A stretch of 64,000 bases of DNA from Hadesarchaea archaeon (GCA_029259175.1 JAPDJH010000015.1:1-64000); one strand, 5' to 3'. Shown: positions 26,928 through 37,902, numbered from the stretch's first letter. Numbers and translations: made by a program. The notes: a model not told the origin generated them from the sequence alone.

Positions 26928-27558
26928 CTGCGGTCTCCTCTACCGGTGATGGCTGCGGAGCAGAGGGTTCCGCAATTTTGACCTCGTCGGGCAGCGGAAC
27001 GTCTGGCGGCATGATGAAAACTTTAACTCCTATCACGCCTGGTTTTGTCTTCGCAATAGCGTAACCCCTGCTTAGGTACTTCTCCGCGGGATCTCCCGTT
27101 TTACACAAATACCCCTGATAAAACCTGACACGCTTTTTGCGCTCACCAGCGATTTTACCAGCAATTATTATTTCCACTCCTCTGGCCCCTGCGTTCATTA
27201 TCCGTCTTAACATTTGATAACCAACCCTTCTTATGTTTATCCCCCGCTCAATCGCAAAGGCTATGCGCTTAGCCATGATGGGCGCACAGAGCTCTGGATT
27301 CTTGATTTCTACGACCTCCACCTGCGGCTTGTCCAATCCAAATCTTTTCTCGAGCTCCTCAGTCAAGACGTTTATACTTCTCCCCTTTCTGCCGATGACC
27401 ATGCCAGGACGTTCAACAAAGAGGGTCACGCGTGTACCGATGGGCAAACGCCGTATTTCCACTCCCGCATAACCCGCGCGCCCCAACGTTTCCTCCAGAT
27501 AGCGCTCCAGCTCCACTCTCTTGAGACCCATAGAGATAAACTTGTCTTCGACCGGCAT
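26896..27558 (-). CDS. rps3: 30S ribosomal protein uS3
   Basis: AGYAGVEI, RPGMVIGRKG, GARGVEIII.GK, KPGVIGVKV. Confidence 0.97.
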   Translation of the reverse strand: MPVEDKFISMGLKRVELERYLEETLGRAGYAGVEIRRLPIGTRVTLFVERPGMVIGRKGRSINVLTEELEKRFGLDKPQVEVVEIKNPELCAPIMAKRIAFAIERGINIRRVGYQMLRRIMNAGARGVEIIIAGKIAGERKKRVRFYQGYLCKTGDPAEKYLSRGYAIAKTKPGVIGVKVFIMPPDVPLPDEVKIAEPSAPQPSPVEETAGGESGEAEAQ

Positions 27559-27559
27559 C

Positions 27560-28012
27560 TCAGCTCTCCTCTTTCACTATTATTTCCACATTCGTAAGGG
27601 GTTTGTTAGCAGGGGTGGCTCTGCCAAAGGCTCGCGGCATGATTCCAGGCACTATTATTCCTTTGTACGCGCTGGCATGAACTATCCGCAACCGCTCAAC
27701 GTCTAGTCCTTTGTACTTGGCATTTTCCTCCACATTTTTGAGCACTTTCAAGAGTTCCTTAGCCGCTTTGACAGGATATGCACCTGCTCCAGGAATCCCC
27801 CGCTTATGGGCTAACTTCTTCTTGTGTGTCCGATAAGGAACTGGCACTTTCTTCTTCTGAACTTTCTGGAGGAACTGCTTGGCATTCTCCAACTTCATCC
27901 CTTTAATGACCCGACAGATCTCGACAGCATCCTTGGGAGAAATTCTCAACTCCCTGCCGTAAGCTTTTGCACAAGGTTCATCGATTCGAGCAGAATAACC
28001 AAACCTTGGCAT
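27560..28012 (-). CDS. rpl22: 50S ribosomal protein uL22
   Basis: ISPKDAVEIC, YPVKAA, PRAFGRA. Confidence 0.97.
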   Translation of the reverse strand: MPRFGYSARIDEPCAKAYGRELRISPKDAVEICRVIKGMKLENAKQFLQKVQKKKVPVPYRTHKKKLAHKRGIPGAGAYPVKAAKELLKVLKNVEENAKYKGLDVERLRIVHASAYKGIIVPGIMPRAFGRATPANKPLTNVEIIVKEES

Positions 28013-28018
28013 GTCAGC

Positions 28019-28414
28019 TCACTTCAACGGGACATACATCGAGCTTCTTGTTGCACCCACTCCCGGTGCACTGTGAACCACGCGCTTTCGAGTCAGTGCA
28101 AAATCTCCAAGCCTGTGACCTATCATCTCCGGCACTATCTCTACCACAATAAACTCTTTCCCATTGTGCACGGCAAATTTCATTCCTACCATCTCCGGCA
28201 AAATTATCATATCGCGCAAGTGGGTCCGTATTGGCTTGTCGATTTTCTTTTCTTTCCACTTCCGGATTTTTTCTAAAAGCCGCTTGTGCTTCGGGGAAAA
28301 CCCTCTCATGATGGTTCTCCGCTCCCGAGCTGATAGGAGCTTGGCAAACTCTGTGAGAGGCATTTTACGCAACTCTTCGAGCGTGTATCCCCTATAGGTG
28401 AACACTCGGGGCAT
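28019..28414 (-). CDS. rps19: 30S ribosomal protein uS19
   Basis: [29 protein letters not shown]. Confidence 0.97.
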   Translation of the reverse strand: MPRVFTYRGYTLEELRKMPLTEFAKLLSARERRTIMRGFSPKHKRLLEKIRKWKEKKIDKPIRTHLRDMIILPEMVGMKFAVHNGKEFIVVEIVPEMIGHRLGDFALTRKRVVHSAPGVGATRSSMYVPLK

Positions 28415-28419
28415 CCTCT

Positions 28420-29124
28420 CTACCTCTTACCCGTTCTTCTTGCCGCTATTAAACCCACCTTCTGTCCAGGGGGCGCTCCGCGAGCTACGGTCTTGGGCCT
28501 TCCGGCGTGTTTTCGACGTCCACCGCCGAAGGGATGATCCACCACGTTCATAGCGACGCCGCGGACCCGTGGGTAGTGCTTCCCCTTGGCGAGCATTGCA
28601 TGATGCTTTTTCCCAGCCTTGAGAAATGGCTTTTCACCTTTACCTCCACCAGCCACCACTCCAATGGTGGCTCTGCAAGACGGATCGAACTCTTTTAACT
28701 CGCCGGAAGGGAGCTGGACCACCGCTCGCCCCACATCATGAGCAATTAAGATTCCGTATGTGCCAGCCGCTCTTACAAACTTTCCTCCATCGCCCGGCTT
28801 GCTCTCAATGTTGTGAATGAGAGTTCCTTCGGGGATTTCCGCGAGCGACAACACGTTTCCGGGTTCAATCGGTGCCGACACAGAAGCCCGAATCCGATCG
28901 CCGACCTTTATTCCCTCTGGTGCTAGAACCAAACGCTCTTCACCATCTGCATATCTGATTCGGGCCACGGGAGCATTTCTCCCGGGGTCGTGTAAAATAT
29001 CTACAACCACCGCCTCTCCTTCTCTTAGGGGTGGAAGCTCGATTTTTCCCACTCTACGCCAAGACTTCGCTCGATAGGTGGGCGAACCCTTTCCTATGCG
29101 CTGAGCTCTTATGCGCTTTCCCAT
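28420..29124 (-). CDS. rpl2: 50S ribosomal protein uL2
   Basis: [34 protein letters not shown]. Confidence 0.98.
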   Translation of the reverse strand: MGKRIRAQRIGKGSPTYRAKSWRRVGKIELPPLREGEAVVVDILHDPGRNAPVARIRYADGEERLVLAPEGIKVGDRIRASVSAPIEPGNVLSLAEIPEGTLIHNIESKPGDGGKFVRAAGTYGILIAHDVGRAVVQLPSGELKEFDPSCRATIGVVAGGGKGEKPFLKAGKKHHAMLAKGKHYPRVRGVAMNVVDHPFGGGRRKHAGRPKTVARGAPPGQKVGLIAARRTGKR

Positions 29125-29387
29125 CAGATCAACCCCAGTCTGGTGGCGAGTTCTACTGCAGAGTACTCGGGCTTCAACCGCACATAGGCCCGTTTTTCTC
29201 CCCGTGGTGTGCGAACTATGTTTACCTTGTCCACCTTCACTTGGTATAAAATCTCCACGGCCCGCTTCACATCGACTTTGTTGGCATCGTCAGCTACTGC
29301 GAATACTAGCTTGTTCTCAGACTCGATTAAATTCACAGCCTTCTCAGTTGCCTTCGGAAATCTAAGAACTTTTTGCGGATCCTTCAT
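29124..29387 (-). CDS. rpl23: 50S ribosomal protein uL23
   Basis: [23 protein letters not shown]. Confidence 0.96.
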   Translation of the reverse strand: MKDPQKVLRFPKATEKAVNLIESENKLVFAVADDANKVDVKRAVEILYQVKVDKVNIVRTPRGEKRAYVRLKPEYSAVELATRLGLI

Positions 29388-30172
29388 TGCTCAAACCTCC
29401 TTTCAACCTCTCTAAGTGCGTTTTCACTCCACATGGTTAATCGCCCGGGCACGCCGCCCGGCGCGAGACGGGAAACGCTGAGCCCAGCGACAGTACACAC
29501 TTCTACACCCGGGATGTTTCTCGCTGCCTTCACGATACCGCGATCTTCGCTTATCACCAACAAGGGACCGACCGCCCGCTTATATTTTCGTCCTCGCATT
29601 TTTCCCCTACCCGCTCGGATTTTTTTGCTTCTCGCGACTCTTTCCACATCCTTCATCACACTAAGCTTTTGGAGCACGGACAACACCTCCTTTGTTTTAG
29701 ACATCTTCTCGATATCAGACGACACCACAACTGGGAACTCAGAAATCCCATCAATTATGTGACCGCGTGACCGAACCAGCTTCGGGTTTGCAGTGGCTGA
29801 TATAGCAGATTGGAGAGCCAAACGTTTCTCTTTTTTATTTATTTTTTCCCTGAGCACTTTCTCAGTCTTTGGCGGATGAGCTCTTCGACCACCTACTGCG
29901 TGGGGAACAAACGCCGCTCTTCCAGCTGCGTGATAACGTGTGCCCTTTATACGAGGAACTCGAGATACTCCATAGCCCTTTCCCCACGGCTCAGCAGTTG
30001 TGCGTTTCCCAGCCATCGGATCTGGGCCCCAAGGCTGGATCCTAGCGCTGTGCTCTGCCAAAAAAGCCCGGCGAATTAAATCTGGGCGGACTTCCAACCT
30101 AAACACGGATGGCAGCTCGATTTCTCCAACCGGCTGACCATCTAATCCCAGTACCTTCACCATTGCTCTCAC
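29384..30172 (-). CDS. rpl4: 50S ribosomal protein uL4
   Basis: [36 protein letters not shown]. Confidence 0.97.
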   Translation of the reverse strand: MRAMVKVLGLDGQPVGEIELPSVFRLEVRPDLIRRAFLAEHSARIQPWGPDPMAGKRTTAEPWGKGYGVSRVPRIKGTRYHAAGRAAFVPHAVGGRRAHPPKTEKVLREKINKKEKRLALQSAISATANPKLVRSRGHIIDGISEFPVVVSSDIEKMSKTKEVLSVLQKLSVMKDVERVARSKKIRAGRGKMRGRKYKRAVGPLLVISEDRGIVKAARNIPGVEVCTVAGLSVSRLAPGGVPGRLTMWSENALREVERRFEQ

Positions 30173-31173
30173 ACTCCTTGTTGAGACACCGTGCTGATAT
30201 GGGTGATTGTCGGCGTAGATATTTCAGCGGTTTTCGGACGGATTGCCTGCCGCAAGTGAACCAAACGCTTAGTCGGCCCGGGTACCGACCCGGCCAAAAC
30301 CACATAATCGCTTCTTATGGGGCCGTAACGCAGAAAGCCACCACGGGGGGTTACTTCCTTTCCATCATCGCCGATCTTCAGAATTCGCTTGTTGTACTCA
30401 GTCCGCTGGTGATATCCCATCTGGCCAGCCATGGGAACTGTCCACATGATGCGTGCTGGAGTCCACGGACCTATCGAACCCACCTGCCTCCTGCCTTTGC
30501 GGGTCTTCCGTGGTAGAATCTTGATTCCCCACCGTTTTACGGGGCCCTGAAAGCCCTTTCCCTTAGTTATAGCACTCACATCCACATACTCGCCTTCTTT
30601 AAACACCTCTGACACCCGCACTTCCTTTCCCAACAAGCTCTTCCCGTATTCCCATCGTTCCTGAACGGACTTGCCTCCCACTCTTACTTCCATGAGCTCG
30701 GGCTTTTTCTTCGGAACATTGGCTTTCCATGGCTGAGAAGACACTATCGCAGTAATCTCCACCACTTGGTTCGCTTCTATCAGCTTTTGTGCTTTTTCGA
30801 GCGCCCTATTCGAGTCGTACTTTTTCGGTAACTTGATTTTTCTCGCCAGCTCTTTGGGTAGGTCTTTGACCCACACCTCCGTCAGAGCCCGAAGGCCTTT
30901 TGGGTCCTTACCATAAAGACGGATCCCGCATACAAAAACGGGAGGCACTTCAATTACCGTGGCTGGAACAGCGATTTCCTGTCCAGAAGTCAAGCTGGTC
31001 TTGCGGTCATCTATCATGAAAACCTGAGTCATGCCCGCCTTATATCCTACAAATCCCTGCAAACGCACTTCCTCGCTCTCGGGCCAGGAACGTATTCGCG
31101 GATAGGGCCGTCTAGCCCGCACTCTAGGTGAAAACGCCAACGAGCCCCTGCGCGGCTTGCTCGCCTTCGCCAT
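30169..31173 (-). CDS. rpl3: 50S ribosomal protein uL3
   Basis: PRRGSL, GYKAGMT, TKGKGFQGPVKRWG, GQMGYHQRTEYNK. Confidence 0.98.
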   Translation of the reverse strand: MAKASKPRRGSLAFSPRVRARRPYPRIRSWPESEEVRLQGFVGYKAGMTQVFMIDDRKTSLTSGQEIAVPATVIEVPPVFVCGIRLYGKDPKGLRALTEVWVKDLPKELARKIKLPKKYDSNRALEKAQKLIEANQVVEITAIVSSQPWKANVPKKKPELMEVRVGGKSVQERWEYGKSLLGKEVRVSEVFKEGEYVDVSAITKGKGFQGPVKRWGIKILPRKTRKGRRQVGSIGPWTPARIMWTVPMAGQMGYHQRTEYNKRILKIGDDGKEVTPRGGFLRYGPIRSDYVVLAGSVPGPTKRLVHLRQAIRPKTAEISTPTITHISTVSQQGV

Positions 31174-31174
31174 C

Positions 31175-32011
31175 TCACTCCCTTCCCATTATATTTATCA
31201 GAGCCAGCGTGGCGATGAGGGCCTCCTCAGTCCTTACCGTTGCGACCCCTTGGTTCGGGATCGTGTTGACGGCCGCATCGAAGATCTCCGATGCTGTGCA
31301 GCCCTGACGCTTGCAGATCTCGGGAATCCCTGCGTACGGACCTCCGAACGCCACAGCCAGCTTGCTGCTATTCTTTATCTTCTCAATTACCCCATATAAA
31401 GGACTGCCCACCCGGGAGGTGGCGAGCTTGAAGTCCGCTCTTGATTCGCGAACAGCTGCCAGCAGACTATTCGCGGTATGAACTCGAAAACCCCAATATT
31501 CGCCCGTGCTTTCTGGATCCACAAGTTTAGCCAAATAGAAGTTTCTATCCGAACGAACGATCTGAACGGTGCAACGCTGCCCCTCCTCCAATTTCGCGTT
31601 AACAAACGCCTTCTTTTTGAGACCGATCTCCACCACACATCCGTTTTCTCGCATTCCTATGACCACACCCTCTCGAATCGATCCCGGAGTTGTCCTTTCG
31701 TGAATCAGGGGATGGTGCGGCGTCCGGAGGGGGAGAAGCATTCCTGCATATTTTAACACCGGATTCTTAGGGAACAACAATTTTCTGAGATACTGGGGTG
31801 TCTCCATATATCGAAGAATTGTGGTTACTAGCTCTCGCTCCTTCGATTTATGTTTGACCTTTGGCTCATTGTCATCGTAAATCCAAACTTCGTCGACTCG
31901 AAAAATGGCTAGAGCACGTCCCACTTGGCCTATCTTTAGCGTTTTCTGCATCATATCTGGTAGATCTGCAGCAAGAGACACCGGTAGCAAAACAGACAGC
32001 TTCATCTTCAT
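31175..32011 (-). CDS. SPOUT-class putative RNA methyltransferase (DUF171/MTH1 family)
   Basis: [47 protein letters not shown]; usual position upstream of uL3. Confidence 0.92.
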   Translation of the reverse strand: MKMKLSVLLPVSLAADLPDMMQKTLKIGQVGRALAIFRVDEVWIYDDNEPKVKHKSKERELVTTILRYMETPQYLRKLLFPKNPVLKYAGMLLPLRTPHHPLIHERTTPGSIREGVVIGMRENGCVVEIGLKKKAFVNAKLEEGQRCTVQIVRSDRNFYLAKLVDPESTGEYWGFRVHTANSLLAAVRESRADFKLATSRVGSPLYGVIEKIKNSSKLAVAFGGPYAGIPEICKRQGCTASEIFDAAVNTIPNQGVATVRTEEALIATLALINIMGRE

Positions 32012-33459
32012 CCTTTAGCAACACCTATCGGAACTAGACGAGCGACTTTTCGAGCAATTCCGGCACGGTGTGAAACTTCGACCACGCGGTCCACATCCTT
32101 GTAGGCATCTGGGGCCTCCTCAGCGATCACCGAGAGCTTGGCCGCACGAACATAGATACCTCGGGACTGTAAAGCACTACGAACGTTTTCAGCGCGGAAG
32201 TTTCTTAGTGCTGCATGTCTGCTCAAATGACGTCCAGCTCCGTGAGCAGTCGATCCAAAGGTCTCGTTCATCGCGGTCTCCGTTCCCACCAACACGTAAG
32301 AGGCCGATCCCATATCTCCCGGAATGAGAACCGGTTGTCCGATTTCCCGATAGAGAGCCGGCAGGGCTTCGTGTCCTGGTGGGAAAGCACGTGTTGCCCC
32401 CTTACGATGCACCACCACCCGCCGGCTTTCTCCATTAATCTTATGTTCCTCAACCTTTGCGATGTTGTGAGCTACATCGTAGACAATGTGGAGGCCCAGC
32501 GACTCGGCGTCCTTACCGAAGACTTGCTCGAAAGACTGGCGGACCCAGTGCACGATCATCTGCCGGTTCGCCCACGCATAGTTGGCGGCGCACTTCATGG
32601 CTGAGAAATAATCCTGACCGTCGGGCGAGTTGAACGGAACGTTCACGAGTTCGCGATCCAAAAGGCGGATATTGTACTGCCTGACCGCTCGCTCCATCCG
32701 GCGAAGATAATCAGAACAAACCTGGTGTCCCAAACCACGAGATCCCGTGTGGATCATCACGGTAACTTGTCCTTCATGTGTTATTCCGAAGGCCTTGGCA
32801 ATCGCAGGCTCATAGATTTTATCTACCACTTGGACTTCCAGAAAGTGATTTCCACTCCCAAGGCTACCGAGCTGGGGGAGTCCCCGATTTTTCGCCTGTG
32901 GGCTGACCTTCGAGGCCAAAGCCCCCTCCATACACCCATTCTCTTCCAGCCGCTCCAAGTCCTCCTGCCATCCATATCCGTTCTCCACAGCCCACCGGGC
33001 ACCGTGCTCGAGCACCTCATCGAGCTGTGAAATGGAGAGACGGATCTTACCGCGGCTCCCGAGGCCCGACGGAACGTTTTGAAATAGGGTGTCTACTAGT
33101 TGGCGTAGCTTTGGTTCAACGTCCTTTCTATCTAGCTCGGTGCGTAAAAGCCTGACGCCGCAGTTGATGTCGTAGCCCACTCCCCCTGGCGAGATGACCC
33201 CGGTCTCCGCATCGGTTGCCGCGACTCCTCCTATCGGGAAGCCGTAGCCCTGGTGCCCGTCTGGCAGGATGATGGAGTACTTGTATATGCCGTTGAGGGA
33301 GGCCACGTTCGCCCCCTGCTCCAGCGTCAGGTCCTTGCCCATCTCCTGCAGGAGCTCCCGGTCCGCGTAGATCCGGGCCGGGACGCGCATCCCGGGTTTG
33401 TAGTCGGTCGGGATCTCCCAGCGGACCTCGTCTATCTGTTTGACTTTCGGTATCGGCAT
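32008..33459 (-). CDS. rtcB: tRNA-splicing ligase RtcB (no intein)
   Basis: [43 protein letters not shown]. Confidence 0.98.
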   Translation of the reverse strand: MPIPKVKQIDEVRWEIPTDYKPGMRVPARIYADRELLQEMGKDLTLEQGANVASLNGIYKYSIILPDGHQGYGFPIGGVAATDAETGVISPGGVGYDINCGVRLLRTELDRKDVEPKLRQLVDTLFQNVPSGLGSRGKIRLSISQLDEVLEHGARWAVENGYGWQEDLERLEENGCMEGALASKVSPQAKNRGLPQLGSLGSGNHFLEVQVVDKIYEPAIAKAFGITHEGQVTVMIHTGSRGLGHQVCSDYLRRMERAVRQYNIRLLDRELVNVPFNSPDGQDYFSAMKCAANYAWANRQMIVHWVRQSFEQVFGKDAESLGLHIVYDVAHNIAKVEEHKINGESRRVVVHRKGATRAFPPGHEALPALYREIGQPVLIPGDMGSASYVLVGTETAMNETFGSTAHGAGRHLSRHAALRNFRAENVRSALQSRGIYVRAAKLSVIAEEAPDAYKDVDRVVEVSHRAGIARKVARLVPIGVAKG

Positions 33460-33502
33460 GGTCTCTATATGAATTATTAGAAGTGCTATTTATGCTAAGC
33501 GC

Positions 33503-33928
33503 TCAGATATCCACCACTGCCTGAATCCAACAATTCCCCGGCTCTTCGTGGATCTCCATCAGATGGTATGTCATGGCCTTGACTGCGGTTCGTTCTGGGT
33601 GCCTGCCAGGATCGAAACGCTCTCCCCAGACCTCAGCCTCCAGCTGATAGCCCTCCGCGGTTTTGCTTATCTCCACTCGGAACTGCGAGCACACAATTCC
33701 CTCGCTGTCGTAGAGAGCTATCAAGCGGTCGAGCCAGTCGTAAAGCAAGGCACCGAGATCCTCAGCACTTATCGACACATTTTTCTTGATTTTTGGCTCC
33801 ACTTTTGCGGTGTCCACCATTATCTCGAAAAGCGCCAGCGCAGCATTTTCGAAAGCTTCGGAGATGGTTTTCCCATAAGCCCGAAAGCCGACATCGCTCG
33901 GATGCTCAATCCATTCAAATTTTTTCAT
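33503..33928 (-). CDS. Archease
   Basis: EHPSDVGFRAYG, VKAMTYH, C-terminal VVDI; adjacent to rtcB. Confidence 0.95.
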   Translation of the reverse strand: MKKFEWIEHPSDVGFRAYGKTISEAFENAALALFEIMVDTAKVEPKIKKNVSISAEDLGALLYDWLDRLIALYDSEGIVCSQFRVEISKTAEGYQLEAEVWGERFDPGRHPERTAVKAMTYHLMEIHEEPGNCWIQAVVDI

Positions 33929-33992
33929 TTCAACACCTCTCAGAAAGTAAAGAATAAAATGGTTTCTCAGACCAAAAAAAGAGGGGTGAAAA

Positions 33993-35117
33993 ATGCAGAT
34001 TGGCTACGTGTCGACTTTTCTTCCCCAGCGGTGCGGAATCGCCACTTATCTCGATTATCTTACTAACCCGCTCAGAAAACTCGGAGTCGACATCAAAATC
34101 ATCGCGGAAAAAGAGGCTGCAGCACGCGCGGAGAATGGCTTTGAAGTGATCCCGTGTTGGGGACGAAAGGAGAACTATGTAGAGCAGATTCTACACCACG
34201 CTCAGACAGTAGATGTGCTCCACATCCAGCATGAGTATTCCATTTATGGCTTTGACGATCGGTTACCCACGTTGCTTCGAACCCTAGAGGGCAAAGTGAA
34301 GCGAGTCGTGACCATCCACTGTATTCGGCCAGCACAGTTCAGCGAACGAGGAGCCGTCGACGAGCAATACGCGAAAAGGATTGCCGAACTCGCGGACGCG
34401 GTCATCGTGCATCTTGAAACGCAACGAGATATCCTGAGAAGATTAGGAATCCCAGCAGAGAAAATCAACGTCATCCCACACGGGAGTGAATTAATCAAGG
34501 TGGACCAAATAGAATCTCGCAAAAAACTAGGCCTGCCGCTTGATGCAAAACTCATGCTAATGTTTGGGTTCATCAAGCCACACAAGTGTTTGCATGTAGT
34601 AATCGAAGCCATGCCCACAATCTTGGAGAAGGTGCCCAACGCGATTCTCTTTGTCGCCGGAGGTCTTGCACCCACAGCTCCACCAGAGCACCAGGCTTAC
34701 GTGCAGCGGATAGAAAAACAAATAAGCGAACTCGGGATTCAAGCCCACGTTATTCTGCCGAACAAATTCTTTCCCAACGAAGATGTTCCGCATCTCTTTG
34801 GAGCTGTAGACGTTGTCTTGTTCCCATACTATGAGGAAGATCGATCGGCTTCTGGATCTTTTCATCTCGCATTGGGTGCTGGAAAACCCATCGTGGCTTC
34901 GAGAATCCCAAAATTTGAAGAACTAAAAAATGTGTGCGACGAATTGCTAATTTTGCCTCACAACTCCAGCGGCCTCGCAAACGTGGTGGTGCGATTGTTC
35001 ACGGATACTGCTTTTCGAAACTTCGTGGAAACTCGAACCAAAACATATGCAGAAAAAACATCGTGGGAAAACACAGCTAAAAAACATCTAGATCTCTATA
35101 CAAAAATTGCGGGGTAA
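33993..35117 (+). CDS. Glycosyltransferase family 4
   Basis: PQRCGIATY, HIQHEY, VIPHG, FGFIKPHK, SASG...ALGAGKPIV. Confidence 0.92.
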   Translation: MQIGYVSTFLPQRCGIATYLDYLTNPLRKLGVDIKIIAEKEAAARAENGFEVIPCWGRKENYVEQILHHAQTVDVLHIQHEYSIYGFDDRLPTLLRTLEGKVKRVVTIHCIRPAQFSERGAVDEQYAKRIAELADAVIVHLETQRDILRRLGIPAEKINVIPHGSELIKVDQIESRKKLGLPLDAKLMLMFGFIKPHKCLHVVIEAMPTILEKVPNAILFVAGGLAPTAPPEHQAYVQRIEKQISELGIQAHVILPNKFFPNEDVPHLFGAVDVVLFPYYEEDRSASGSFHLALGAGKPIVASRIPKFEELKNVCDELLILPHNSSGLANVVVRLFTDTAFRNFVETRTKTYAEKTSWENTAKKHLDLYTKIAG

Positions 35118-35120
35118 AAA

Positions 35121-36278
35121 ATGAAAATCAAAAACACCATCGGAGACGGAAAAGTTGTCGTCACTGAGCGCGGACACCATATCTTTCAACTAGAATCTCA
35201 TGCGAACAACCCTGTTGTAGGGCCGCGAGATCTGGGCTTGGTGTGGCACGAAAACGGTAAAGAAAAACTTGGGGCGGTGTTTAACGGTGGAGCAATCTAC
35301 TATAAAAACCACGTGTGGCTGACCCCAAGATGTCACCAGCGTTATTATAAAACGACCTTCTTTGATCCAAAGCTCCAACGTGAGCGTGTGTGTTTAGAGA
35401 ACTATGTCTCCGAAGTGCGCGTCCTGAAAAGCGAAAACGGAATTCGCTTCCGACCCACTGGCGTCACGATCTACGGGGACGGACGAGATCATGATGACTT
35501 CAAATATGGGATTGAAGACATCCGCATCATTCCATGTAACGATTTCTTTGTAATGGTTGGTTGTGGCAAAACCGGGCCGCCGTTCAAAGCCTCTGGAGCC
35601 GATCGGATAGCAGTGTACACAACCACAGATTTTAGAAAAATCGAATATCGGGGAATCGTGGATGTGTTCGATAGCAGAAATGCTATTCCTCTTTTCACTG
35701 ATACACGCGATTACATTTTTCTGAGATTTCATCCAAACATCCACGTAGAAGTCTTAGAAGGTGGACGCGAACAACTACTGAATCCAAGAAAATATCGAGA
35801 AAAGTGGATTGAAATCTACAATCGCCGAGAGCGCACTCTGCTCTTTAGAGCGGGAGACTTTCCCCACGAGCGAGAAAAGATAGGACCATCAACTCCGCTA
35901 ATCGAAACCGAAGCGGGCTGGTTGTTTTTGTATCATGGTGTGGGGGAAATCTTCGCCGATATTGCCAAAACCTACGGTCTGAGCCAAGGAATCGAGAGAG
36001 GATATTCTGTCTGTGCTGCTTTGCTTGATCGAGAGGATCCGAGTCGAGTGCTTTACCGATCCAAGTGGCCCATCTACATCCCGCATCACCCTTGGGAACT
36101 CTGGGGAAACGAGCAGTTCCCGGTCGACGTGCCAGCAGTAGTGTTTCCCGTCGGAGCCTTTACTTTGGACAAAAAATTGATGGTCTATGCGGGAGCTGGA
36201 GACAAATACGAGACACTTTTGGGATGTGAACTAAAAGCTCTCGTCGATTATCTAATAGAATACGGCCAACCCCACTAA
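35121..36278 (+). CDS. GH130-like beta-propeller glycosidase/phosphorylase
   Basis: AVFNGGA, GIEDIRI, KIGPS.P.IET..GWLFLYHGV, LLD.EDPS.V, VVFPVGA, YAGAGD. Confidence 0.88.
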   Translation: MKIKNTIGDGKVVVTERGHHIFQLESHANNPVVGPRDLGLVWHENGKEKLGAVFNGGAIYYKNHVWLTPRCHQRYYKTTFFDPKLQRERVCLENYVSEVRVLKSENGIRFRPTGVTIYGDGRDHDDFKYGIEDIRIIPCNDFFVMVGCGKTGPPFKASGADRIAVYTTTDFRKIEYRGIVDVFDSRNAIPLFTDTRDYIFLRFHPNIHVEVLEGGREQLLNPRKYREKWIEIYNRRERTLLFRAGDFPHEREKIGPSTPLIETEAGWLFLYHGVGEIFADIAKTYGLSQGIERGYSVCAALLDREDPSRVLYRSKWPIYIPHHPWELWGNEQFPVDVPAVVFPVGAFTLDKKLMVYAGAGDKYETLLGCELKALVDYLIEYGQPH

Positions 36279-37543
36279 CTTATCACTTGGTAAACTCTGA
36301 GATTTTCGTATGAGAAAGCCAAAGGGAACCCTAGTTCCACTAGGTAGTTCTCTTCTGGGGATTGCTGGTATACCATGACAAAACTTGCGTTTTCGCTTAG
36401 CAACAGGTCATAATATTCCGCGGCATTTTCATATGAGGAAAACTCGTGTAGTTCCACTCCCGAATTGGAGAATCGTACACCACCAAATGGAAGAACGTAA
36501 AGAGCGGAACCATCGCCAGAGTACCGAACATATCCATCAGTGAGAATCTCCAAAATCTCGTTCTCAGCAAGCAGATTTTCGTAGACCTCTGGGTTGTCTG
36601 CACGCGCGAGAGTTGGATTCAAACAAACCATGAAAACCGAAATGACCATGGCAAAAGCCGAGACAGGGCAAACAACTTGTCTCAATCTGGAACCCACCAG
36701 CTCAACGTAGAACGGAATGGAGATGAAAATGACAAACCAAGCCATTCGCTCAAAATAAGCTGTGGGAGCATAACCGGCCGCCAGACTTATTGCGAGGGCT
36801 GCCAAAGCTATCGCACAGGGCACTCTAGAACTCTGACGTGTAGCGAACAATGTTATCAGCGAGCTAACGAGCAAAAGGGTGGGAGGAAGGTAAATCTGAC
36901 CACCACCCTCAGAGCCGCCCAAAAAGAAAACAGCTTGTACCCCGGAAAGAACACAAACCGGGAGATAATACTTCAACCAGTTTTTAAGGTCAAACCTCAG
37001 CATAAGAATGGCAGCCAACAAACCTATGCACAACGGATGGGTAATGATCGAAATCGCACCCAAAACTGCGGCAACAACGCGCTTTCCCTCTAAGTAGTAG
37101 TTCAAAGAGAGAACCCCGAAGACCACACCCCACAAAAAGGGCATTTTTGTCGTTACAAAAAGCATTACTGTCAACGGATTCAGCAGCACAATGATTGTTG
37201 CCAAGCGTGCTATTCTCGCTGTGGCCAGCTTAGAGAACAATTGCTGGGAAAAATACCATAAAAGGCAGAAAGCGATTACAAGCAGAACCGCTACCGTATA
37301 AACCCTAAAGACTGGGTAAATCAGAACTCCCAACAGAAGGGGAATCGCCCCGTATTTTAACGTGAACTCAGTTCCGTGACTGAGATAAGGATCGGTAATG
37401 TAGTAGCCCTGAGTCAAAGCCCAGATCCTGTGAAGGTGATAGGGGTAATCTGTATCAGCAGTTAGATTTTGCCAAAAAATCCAGCCGAAGAGAACGGCAT
37501 AAAACACGATAGAAACTGCCACAAGCTTTCTCCAGAAATCCAT
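36275..37543 (-). CDS. Polytopic membrane protein with GT-C-like N-terminal loop and C-terminal extracytoplasmic domain
   Basis: TM then D.DYPYHL.R...DPY...G....Y (pattern of GT-C/PTPS-related membrane proteins), about 11 TMs; start ATG 37543 with RBS GGAGGAGG. Confidence 0.65.
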   Translation of the reverse strand: MDFWRKLVAVSIVFYAVLFGWIFWQNLTADTDYPYHLHRIWALTQGYYITDPYLSHGTEFTLKYGAIPLLLGVLIYPVFRVYTVAVLLVIAFCLLWYFSQQLFSKLATARIARLATIIVLLNPLTVMLFVTTKMPFLWGVVFGVLSLNYYLEGKRVVAAVLGAISIITHPLCIGLLAAILMLRFDLKNWLKYYLPVCVLSGVQAVFFLGGSEGGGQIYLPPTLLLVSSLITLFATRQSSRVPCAIALAALAISLAAGYAPTAYFERMAWFVIFISIPFYVELVGSRLRQVVCPVSAFAMVISVFMVCLNPTLARADNPEVYENLLAENEILEILTDGYVRYSGDGSALYVLPFGGVRFSNSGVELHEFSSYENAAEYYDLLLSENASFVMVYQQSPEENYLVELGFPLAFSYENLRVYQVIS

Positions 37544-37615
37544 GTCCTCCTCCCTTGAAAGTGAGTAAGGAGGTTTAAAAATTTGTTCAAGGCCAACGCA
37601 AGCGGACCCTACACA

Positions 37616-37703
37616 TGGCGCCGGGGGAGGGATTTGAACCCTCGAGGCCCAGAGGGCCACGGGCTCTCAAGGCCCGCGCGCTTCCTGGCTACGCCACCCC
37701 GGC
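37616..37703 (-). tRNA. tRNA-Ser(TGA), long variable arm, CCA encoded
   Basis: GCCGGGG acceptor/CCCCGGC-G-CCA; anticodon arm CGGGC-CTTGAGA-GCCCG; T arm GAGGG-TTCAAAT-CCCTC. Confidence 0.96.
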
Positions 37704-37749
37704 CCGAACAAAACTGAATCGTTTGCGAGTTAATAATTTCCTCTGCCGG

Positions 37750-37902
37750 CTAATCCTCTAGATCAAAAGCTTCGGGAACGGCGCAAGCTGTGTCGACCAT
37801 CGCACACTCGTCACACTGACCAGCGTTCGCCTCGTATTCTTCTTTTGAAATCTCCCTATCGCAGGTAATGCACCGGTAAGTCCGCTTCGATTTCGACACC
37901 AT
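37750..37902 (-). CDS. Small CxxC-x15-CxxC zinc-finger protein (50 aa; not in ORF track)
   Basis: MVSKSKRTYRCITCDREISKEEYEANAGQCDECAMVDTACAVPEAFDLED*. Confidence 0.7.
   Translation of the reverse strand: MVSKSKRTYRCITCDREISKEEYEANAGQCDECAMVDTACAVPEAFDLED

Noticed and set aside
32008-33459. Intein in rtcB
   Set aside because: The protein is normal length (483 aa) and GYDINCG is uninterrupted.
37544-37660. N-terminal extension of ORF 36275..37660
   Set aside because: It overlaps tRNA-Ser, and the RBS supports ATG 37543.
37616-37703. tRNA with TGA anticodon and long arm as tRNA-Sec or opal suppressor
   Set aside because: Anticodon UGA reads UCA (Ser), whereas Sec needs anticodon UCA. It has a normal 7-bp acceptor stem.
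33930-37703. Genomic island integrated at tRNA-Ser
   Set aside because: No duplicated tRNA 3' end near 33930-33990 and no integrase.
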